The notes under the pieces: model-generated
The model's input: the letters and a program-made list of their open reading frames with translations, nothing else
Told to the model about the DNA's origin: nothing
Database searches by the model: none
From: Auanema rhodensis
Lineage: Eukaryota > Animalia > Nematoda
Assembly: GCA_964057225.1 (NCBI GenBank)
Contig: OZ059894.1
Coordinates: forward strand, 16,864,001-16,928,000
DNA length: 64,000 bases
Direction of reading: 5' to 3'
Part shown: one piece after another, positions 55,072 through 64,000 of the stretch
Layout: each line of letters starts with the position of its first letter
How positions within the stretch are numbered: the stretch's first letter is position 1
Position numbers and translations under genes: made by a program

Positions 55072-56207
55072 ATGTTTTGGCTCTGCTTAGCAACCTTTGT
55101 TTCAGTTGTCTTAACAACTGAAGTTTGCAGTCCTGATTGTAAGTTTTTGCCAAAATCTTCCTTTTATTTTCAAAGCTTTGGAAAATTTTAACGTTGCTAC
55201 CGTGTATAATATTAAATTTTAAAATAAAATTAAAGGTTTTAACTTATTCTCATGAATGTTTAATGATGAATGCCGTTTATAAAACCGAGAATGAAAAAAA
55301 TATGTAATTCTTAGTTCTTACTATTTAAACCAAAAAGTTACTAAGTTGTGTTGAAGAAGAAAATAAAATATTCTTTCAGTATGTGATAATACTGTTCAAT
55401 TATGTCAAGCTGGCATGTACTGCAAAATTTTGGTGAGAAACATAAAGTTTTAAGCTTTTTCTTTAAACTTTTTTGAAATTTTTGAGATGGGATCCATAGG
55501 CCAATGTTGTGTTGACACGAATGCTCAATCCCCTACATTGCCACCTCTTCCAAATGCATTTTTGACAACAAAAAATTCAATTTTAACTACTCACCATCAA
55601 ACAACAAAGAAAGGTAAAACTCAGAAAGCTTATTTGAGCGTGTTGAGCTAGTTTAGGTTCATCTACAACAATGAAACACATAGTACAAACTCGTTCTACT
55701 CATATGCCAACTCATTCGATAACACTTCCTGATCATGGTTGTCAGGATAGATACGTTCCGGGAAGTAAAAGAACAGAATGTCTTCAGAAGTATCTTATCT
55801 ATAGTATATCAAACATATAAATTATTATAGAATACATTTATGTGATGATTTCTTATATTATAATTTAATGACTCAAGAATGTCCAAAAACATGTGGAAGG
55901 TACAAACTTTTATTAAATGAGAATAAATCTCAAATAATATATATTTAAGATGTCAACCTCAACATAATACACCAACATATCATCTGAAAAGTGATTATAA
56001 CTGTAATTTTCTTATTTTTCAACAACATATTGCAGATTGTATAGATAGGATTAATTCAATAACTGGAAGAAGTGATTGTTTTGCTAGATCAAATCTATGT
56101 CATGTACCTATATATAGGTAATTTGTTTTTCTAATTATTCAAAATATTATATATAATTTAGAAATATTATGCAAATACAATGTCCAAAAACCTGCAACTA
56201 TTGCTAA
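55072..56207 (+). CDS. Secreted ShK-domain protein 1 (Cys-rich N-module, Thr-rich linker, 2 ShKT domains)
   Basis: Signal peptide MFWLCLATFVSVVLT. ShKT domains: CQDRYVPGSKRTECLQKIHLCDDFLYYNLMTQECPKTCGRC and CIDRINSITGRSDCFARSNLCHVPIYRNIMQIQCPKTCNYC*. TATAAAAG at ~55027. Confidence 0.92.
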
Positions 56208-56588
56208 AATATTACAGTATTCTTCCAATTATGATCTATGTATATGCTATGACGTTATTTAAAAAATCTTCTATGTGTAGTTTCACATATCTTTTTTCAA
56301 ATATTTTGTTTATTTATTAGAACAAATTACTTTTATAAAAAGAAAATAAACAACATAAAATAATAGATATAATAAAAATTTAAGTTTTTTTTTTCAAAAA
56401 TTAAAAGCAAAAAAACAAAAATTAAAATAGGATAAAGCTGATTAAATAGAAATAACAGCATATTCGGTATACAAGTATAGAGAAGAAAAAGGTTATTGTA
56501 AACAGAACAAGCATATATAAGGAAAACAAATTGAGTTTTGAAATAAGAATTCCAAGCGTTTTCATCAGCTTCCAAAAAAAAAATTAAA

Positions 56589-57367
56589 ATGCTTCATCAT
56601 ATCTTTGCTTTTGCTGTTATCATCTCTAGTGCTTTTGCTGCTACATGTAATGAAAGCTTAAGTAAGTTATAAAACTAAATTATTCTTTTATCTTTTTTTT
56701 CTTTTTTCCAATAATTCATCATATTCCCTAATTTAAGTCTGTGATGATTTCTTAATGACCTGTCCTAATGGATATGAATGCAAACTGACTGAAGGAGAAA
56801 AAGAAGGAATATGTTGTGGTTCAGGTCAGTTCTTTCATATTTTTTGCAAGCATCTCATGCATCATTGTGCTTTTAACAAATACTCTTCAATTCTGTTTTC
56901 AGATCCTTTTTATCCAGAAAACTCAAGAGGAAACTGTCAAGATCAAATTTCCTCTAAAGGTTTTGAACTCAGAATTTCAAATTGAAAGATAATTATTTCA
57001 GGAACTTCTGATTGTAAGAAGTTTAATCATCTTTGTGAAGATAAGGTTTACTTTGATGTTATGACTATTCAATGTCCAAAAACATGTAACAGATGCTCTT
57101 CCGTAACAAGCTCACCAGGTTTTTTTTTAAAATTAAATCAATTGAAAACCAATATCCAAAAATTAAGTTGGATGTGTTGATAAAGGATCAGAATGCCCAA
57201 AGAGAAAGAATTTATGCTCTGATCCTGTTTACTTTGATGTTATGAATAGAGAGTGCCCAAAAACTTGTGGAAGGTTTGTGATTAGATTTAAATTGTAAAA
57301 ATTAACAAATTGTGATACTTTAAGATGTGGAATGAGCACAAGCACCACAGCATCATATGGAAAGTAG
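56589..57367 (+). CDS. Secreted ShK-domain protein 2 (Cys-rich N-module, 2 ShKT domains)
   Basis: Signal peptide MLHHIFAFAVIISSAFA. ShKT domains: CQDQISSKGTSDCKKFNHLCEDKVYFDVMTIQCPKTCNRC and CVDKGSECPKRKNLCSDPVYFDVMNRECPKTCGRC. Stop TAG 57365-57367. Confidence 0.92.
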
Positions 57368-57686
57368 CAGTTGATTAATAATACTTTTCTTTTTAAATTA
57401 TTTAATCAAATAATATTTAATATATAATAATTATTATAATAAATAATATAATATAATCAATTTATATTGTATATTTCTTAAAAAAGAAAAACCAATAGAA
57501 TCCACTGGTTTAACGAAGATGATGCAAACAATGTTCATACTTGAGTGTTTCTGAAAAACACTTATATGTATATATCTCAAACAATAAAATTGCTTTTGAT
57601 GGTCATTTTGTTTTTAGAAATGAGCATATTCTTCAATTTTTTTCCATTTTCAACTTAATATTTCCTTTTTTAGATTTATTCACATA

Positions 57687-58364
57687 ATGTTATTTGGTTT
57701 TTTCTTTCTTATCTCAACTGCCTATTGTTTAGAATGCTATGGCAAACAACCAGAAGTATCACATTATGGTTATACTTTTCAACATTTTTCTTTATAAATC
57801 TTTTCATAAAATATATTTTAGCTGCTGTTTATGTTAAAAACGACGATGTAAATTATGTAGCTGAAGTTTCATCTGATGCTGAAGATGGAACAGCTGAAGG
57901 CTTAATGTTAACAACATCTGATGACAATTGTCCTTTGTCTTGTGTTTATCAGATTAGAAGCTATTCATCTGATCATGGCGGTATGATTTTATAATTCCAT
58001 AGTAGTCTCCATTCAAAATTATTTTAAAGGTTCTATTCTTCATGTGAGAGAACCAAATCCCTCATTTGTACCTCCTGGTTATCTGCTTATACACTCACCC
58101 CAGTTCTTGTGTGCTCGAGAAGCTGGATTTTGCGGAGCGTACATTCCACTTTTCCGACATTATCGTGTAGAATCTGGAAAAATATGTAAGAAATCAATTA
58201 TTTGAAACAAATAATTATAATTGATTTTAGATCATATCTATTCAATGAATTATACTGTTTATTCAAATTATACAAGAGAATCAGCTATATGCTATGTTTG
58301 GCCAGCTACACCTACTGAGAATGGTAGTAAAACAATTACTCCTGTTGAAAGACCAATAGGATAA
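57687..58364 (+). CDS. Small secreted protein, DUF5648-like repeat
   Basis: Signal peptide MLFGFFFLISTAYC; four exons in frame. C-terminal CAREAGFCGAYIPLFRHYR...HIYS...YTRESAICYVW resembles the CG.tvPLYR..H.Y...gY..E.i.cYvW repeat. The family assignment is from motif recall. Confidence 0.7.
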
Positions 58365-58962
58365 AAAAAAACTAAAAAATATATTTTATTTTGTTTTAAA
58401 CTATAAATAAATATATTTAAATAAAGTTATATTATAGTATAATAATAAGAATAATAATATTCGTTTAAATCTTTCATTTCTTCCATCCAAATGCTTTTTG
58501 TGAAATTGAGAAGAATTCATTTTCTGAATAACAACATTCTCATATATCATAGTTCTGAGGATAACGAGTTGAATGTTTTTCTCAACAATTGACTAAGTTT
58601 GGCATGAAGTACCCGTTCGAGTTAATATACTTTCCGCACTTAATCTATTAAAAGCCTAAATACGTTAGTAATGCTGGAAACACTAAAAGTATTTCGAACT
58701 TGTCATTTTCAGTGCATTTGCTCACAATGAAAAACTATAGAAATAAACTGAGAAGAAATGTTGTTTGCATCTCAAGTTCAACTTTTGCAACTTCAACTTT
58801 AAAATTGAACTTGAAATCATATTATAAACGCATCTGTTAAGAAATAATTAGAATTGATTTTCTTGTAATATAAGATGTAGAAATGAAAGAAACAGTATAA
58901 GCTTAGAAGAATGAGTAGGTGGTAGGAACATGAATATTCAGACATTGCAATTGGTTGTATAT

Positions 58963-58964
<2 letters not shown>

Positions 58965-59008
<44 letters not shown>
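58965..59008. repeat. (TA)n microsatellite in the gcy promoter region
   Basis: About 22 TA units. Confidence 0.9.
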
Positions 59009-59012
<4 letters not shown>

Positions 59013-59136
59013 TAATAGTCAAATATACATATATAACAATATAAAATAAAGATAATATCTTATATAATCTTATAATAAACTATGAATTAATGATATTTAT
59101 TAAGATTATAAGAATTCATATTGTCTACAAAATGGA

Positions 59137-59170
59137 TTTTAAGGTTTCCAGATCAACATCTAAAGGTTTC
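59137..59170 (-). promoter_or_regulatory. Pair of candidate ASE (CHE-1) motifs, GAAACC, 22 bp apart
   Basis: GGTTTC at 59143-59148 and 59165-59170, reading GAAACCTTAAAA and GAAACCTTTAGA on the minus strand, within 60 bp of the gcy ATG. Confidence 0.5.
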
Positions 59171-59202
59171 ACATAACACAGTACCCTAAGGCATTGTTAA
59201 AA

Positions 59203-62200
59203 AATGTTACTTCAAAATACGGTTAGTTTATCAAAGAATTTTTAGAAAATTTATCTTTTTTAAACTATTTTTCAGTTTTTTTTACTTTTTTTTCAATTTG
59301 TATCACCCCAATTAAAACAGTTACGTGTTGGTCTTTTGGGTAATCGTCTAAATAATACATATACTCGTATTATTGGATATTTGGTTTGTTTTAATTATAA
59401 TTTTATTTTGTGAATATAGTTATAATAGACATATATAACTATTATTATTTTAAAAATCTCATTTTATTCTCAGAATAGTGCGTCTGCTGTTGATTTAGCT
59501 ATGGAAAAAGTTCGGGAAGATCACATATTAGACAACTATAACGTAACGTGAGCCAAGTCTCAATTCAATGAATCATTTTAAATTTTTTGATTTTCAAGAT
59601 TCATAACTGCATTTGATGATTGCCAAGAAGAATTAGCTTTAGCTGCTACTTCAAGGCTCATCATTGACGAGCATGTCGATGCTATCATTGGGCCCACCTG
59701 TGATCGACGTAAACAATTAATTTCTGATGAAATTACAATATTTTTTGTTTCTTTAGCTGCATTAATGGCTGCTATCACAGCTGATTATTTCAATATTCCT
59801 ATCTATGTTTGGGGAATGGTAACAACTTCTGAATTAGCCGACTATGATATCTATTCAACTTGCTTAAGTCTTATGACTACCTCAAAAACGTAATTAAGAT
59901 ATAAAATTTATTTATAAAACTATATTATTATTATTATTATTATAATTAGGTTATTTTTAGAACTGCAGAGTCGGTCATTGAAATGTTTAAAGAGTTTGAA
60001 TGGTCTGAATTTGGATTAGTAACTATTGATACAGATGAATGTAACTTTCTTCGTCGTGATATACAAAGAATCACAGAAACTGAAAATGGAACTGATTTAA
60101 CAGTACAGTATACTCTTCATGATTTATCATTTGATGGCATGCATAGTGTATTATCCAGATTGAAGAATAGAACACGAAGTTTGTATTTATTTATAAACAA
60201 TTTATTTTTAATATTTTGAGTTATAACTATATGTATACCGGATGAATCAAAATACACGCGCAACTTCATGCTAGCAGCATCTGATCTTGGAATGATTACA
60301 GATGAATTTGCTTTTGTATTTGTGGTAACTGTTGGAATAGGCTTCAGTATAATGTCACAACATATATTCTATTAAAAAAAATAATTTTTAGCTGATGTGG
60401 ACTCTGAAGGCAATGTAAGAAGAGCTTGGGAAGATTTCAATACTCCATCTGATGGAAGAGATGAAGAAGCTAAGCGAGCTTTTCAAAAAGCTTTTTTCGT
60501 AAGTTGTTTTGATTTGAAAAAAGAATGTATGAAACATGGCTGATAATTTAAATTTTGTTTCGTTTAATGAAAGTGGTTAGATTACTCAAAAATTGTTTCT
60601 TTTCAGATTATATTATCAGTAGTTGATACAGAAGAACAAATGAAATTTAAAAAAGAAATAATGAATCGAATGAGAGCTCCTCCCTATAATTGTGGAGATT
60701 ATTGCAAAGGAATTGAAGTAACTTATAAATATTAATTTATATTTATAATGAATATATAATATTGAATAGGCGGCAGAATTTGCTCCTCAGTTACATGATG
60801 CAGTTTATTTGTATATGTTGTCTCTCAATAAAACAATTGCTACACATGGAGAACATCAGATTCGAAATGGTAGTATGATTGTTCACTTAGGACAAGAATC
60901 ATTTGAAGGTTTCAAAATCTTCTAGAGTAGTCTAATAAGTTTTCGAATTTCAGGTGAATCTGGTAAGGTGGTTATTGATTCTACCGGAACACGATGTCCT
61001 ATTACTAGTCTAATAAACTTGAATGAAACTTGGGGTACCCAGCTTATACTCCAAGTTGTAGTTTGTGATGGAAAAAAGGTCAATTTAGCTCAAAATTGGA
61101 ATAGTATATAGAAGACATGATAAATATAAAAAAAATTATTTTTAGAACCTTACAAGAATGATAACAAACCCAGATTCTATTTTTCACTGGTATACAGATA
61201 GCATACAACCGTCAGCAGTTCCAAGATGCGGGTTTTCTGGTTCGAATCAAAGAATAACAACTTGAATAACAACTATTATACAGGTACTAACTGTCCAATG
61301 AATTTTGCTGTAGATTATCTTTGGGTCATTATTGTTGGCTCTGTGATAATTGCTTTCGCTGTTGTAGCAGTGATAATAACTTCGATAGTGACTTATAGGT
61401 AAGTACATTCACAATGAGAGAGTTAATGAGAACATTTCGTTCTTTCAAAGACAAAAGAAAGAAGAACAAGCACGATTGAATATGGCTTGGCAAATACCAT
61501 TACATCAGTTGGTAAAGTTATCGAATAAAGCTGGTATTGAGTCACAAAGATCTCTACAAAGTGGTCCAAGTACAACATCAACCAAAATAACGTTAGAAAG
61601 TCGAACAGAAACTTCCCGATTTGCGTTTTTCACATATTTGAAGGTTTTTGTTTGAATTATAAGATGTTCATTGGGCTAGTAATGTTCTTCAGGAACCTAT
61701 AGCTGCAGAGAAGATTAGTGTTCGTCCACCACTTGATAATGAGGATATGATTTTTTTAAGAAAAGTTTCAAATCATATAAATAAAATAATAAAAAATAAT
61801 AATTATAGATGAGAGATGTTCAACATGATAATTTGAATAGATTTATAGGAATGTGTGTTGAAGGTCAAATATATTACACATGTTGGAAATATTGTAATCG
61901 TGGAAGTATAAAAGTAATTTTAAATAATAAAATATAAAATAATAAAATATTTATATTTAAGGATGTAATAAGTAAAACATCAATTAATATGGATGGATTT
62001 TTCATATATTGTTTAATGAAAGATATAGTTAATGTAAAATGAAAAAGAAAAGAAAAATATTTAAAAGAAAATTAAATTTTAGGGAATGTTCTTTATACAT
62101 AAATCATTCATGAAATATCATGGTTATTTAACATCTTCAACATGTCTTGTTGATGATAGATGGCAAGTCAAAGTAACATGTTATGGGGTTCCTTTTCTAC

Positions 62201-63972
62201 GAGAACTTGAAAAAAGGACTGAAGAAGGTTAAAACAAAATTAAAATTTGTTTTGACATAAAGAAACTTTCAGAACAACTCTATACAGCTCCTGAAATTCT
62301 ACGGGATTCAATGAATAATATGCTTGGTTCACCAGAAGGAGATGTTTATAGGTTTTTAAGTTTACAAATACACTTTTTACTGTTATTTCTTTTTACAGCT
62401 TATCTATCATATTTTCTGAAATGGTAAGCAGAACAAGTGCTTGGAATCTGGAAAATAGGAAAGAAGATGCTGATGGTATAAGATCTTCTAATATGATTGA
62501 GTAATCTATAATTTTAAGAAATTATATTTATGGTAAAGAAAGGAAGTAGAACACCATTTAGACCAGATTTAGAATGCCATGAGAGTGTTGATGTAAATCC
62601 ATCTATGGTCAGCTTCACACTATTGAACTGATTAAACGAATACTTTTCATTTAGTTGGCTTTATGTAAAGATGGATGGGAAGAAGATCCACATGATCGTC
62701 CAGACATTGTAACTATAAGAAATCTTTTAAAGAATATGAGTAATGGAAGGTTGATAACGAGACATTTGAAAATATTTTTGAAATAATTTTTCTGTAGAAG
62801 TGATAACTTAATGGATCATGTTTTCAATATGCTGGAACAATATGCTACAACTTTAGAAGAAGAAGTAGAAGAACGAATGAAGGAATTAACAGAAGAAAAG
62901 AAGAAAAGTGATCTTCTTCTTTATAGAATGCTTCCAAAGTCAGTCTTAGAGTATATTCTTTAAAGTTTTCAAAATATTACTTCCAGACAAGTTGCTGACA
63001 AGTTAAAGCTGGGCCAATCTGTTCAACCTGAAAGCTTCGAAAGTTGTACTCTGTTTTTTTCGGATGTGGTTTCGTTTACAACTTTGGCGAGCAAATGCAC
63101 ACCACTACAAGTGAATTTAATTCAATTTATTTATTTCAATTTTTTATTTAATCAGGTTGTTACTTTATTAAATGAGTTGTATACTATCTTTGATAGTGTC
63201 ATTGATGAGCATGATGTTTACAAGGTTACTGTATTGTTTCTGATTACTGTAGGATTACGGTATTGTTGCAGGTTGAAACGATTGGCGATGGATACTTATG
63301 TGTGTCCGGTATACCATTCCGGAATGGAAATGAGCATATTAAAGTTTTTTGTTGAAAATTAATTAAATTTAATAAAATAATTTTTAATAGGAAATATGCA
63401 ATATGTCAATTGGCTTATTAAGAGGTTTATTACCATTTCGAGTTCCTCATCTACCAACTGAGAGAGTGAATATTCGTATTGGCGTTCACACAGGTTTGTA
63501 TTTTATAAAAATAATTTTTTTCAGTTTTTAAAGATAAAAACTATGATTTAGGACCAGTTGTAACTGGAGTTGTTGGTTTAACAATGCCAAGGTATTGCTT
63601 ATTCGGAGATGCAGTCAATACCGCTAGTAGAATGGAAAGTAATGGCAAAGGTTTTTGATGCTTTAGTGATTAGTTTCTGATAATATTGCAATCAATTCCA
63701 GCCAGCCAAATACATTTATCAGCTGATTCCAATGATCTTTTGACATTACACTATCCTACTTTTAAAACAGAAAGTCGTGGAGAAGTTATTATTAAGGTTG
63801 GTCAAGTTTATATGAATAAATAAACAATCAATAACATAAAAGCTTAAAAAGATAAAATTTTTCAAGTGAAAAACGTAGAAAATATCCAATTTTAATCAGT
63901 AATATTGAAATAAGTTTTTGTGTTTAGGGAAAAGGAGTAATGCAAACGTATTGGCTTGTATTTACATTGTGA
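59203..63972 (+). CDS. Receptor-type guanylyl cyclase (gcy family): signal peptide, ANF-receptor ECD, TM, pseudokinase, cyclase
   Basis: Extracellular domain with VDAIIGPTC and [10 protein letters not shown]; TM segment [25 protein letters not shown]; kinase-homology domain HDNLNRFIG and [19 protein letters not shown]; coiled coil [13 protein letters not shown]; cyclase motifs [44 protein letters not shown] and [13 protein letters not shown] last exon may lie beyond the window if GTATTT after YWL is a donor. Confidence 0.96.
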
Positions 63973-64000
63973 TAGAAGGATAAGTAATTGAAGTTGTATG

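Noticed and set aside
61239-61250. GGTTCGAATC resembling a tRNA T-loop/B-box
   Set aside because: It straddles a gcy exon-intron donor, with no cloverleaf or A-box.

Overview
Eukaryotic, AT-rich, intron-dense DNA from a nematode, probably a rhabditid (clade V). Most introns are ~41-60 nt GT-AG with TTTTCAG/TTTTAG acceptors, and trans-splice-like acceptors sit just before several start codons. The six-frame ORF track is mostly uninformative, so I built gene models by hand. Left to right: a PH-domain gene (-, runs off the left edge), a 4-TM protein (-), then a tight + strand block of ahsa-1 (Hsp90 activator, with a perfect heat-shock element), atg-13/epg-1 and a CLYBL-type citrate lyase beta gene, with operon-like spacing. 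Next come a small TM protein, an ML-domain secreted protein, a Golgi alpha-1,2-mannosidase (GH47) and a class 3 lipase (-) followed by two orphan exons that look like a GPI/TM tail. The most unusual structure is at 29-51 kb: a predicted five-exon minus-strand single-pass PPxY protein gene with a ~20.9 kb intron. That intron holds an antisense three-exon gene for a 107-aa Pro/Ser/Tyr-rich protein, also with a PPxY, preceded by ~19 kb of strand-skewed non-coding DNA rich in TGACCT sites. The right end has two tandem ShK-domain genes, a DUF5648-like secreted protein and a receptor guanylyl cyclase with paired ASE/CHE-1-like motifs upstream. I found no tRNA, rRNA, SL RNA, CRISPR array or intact transposon.
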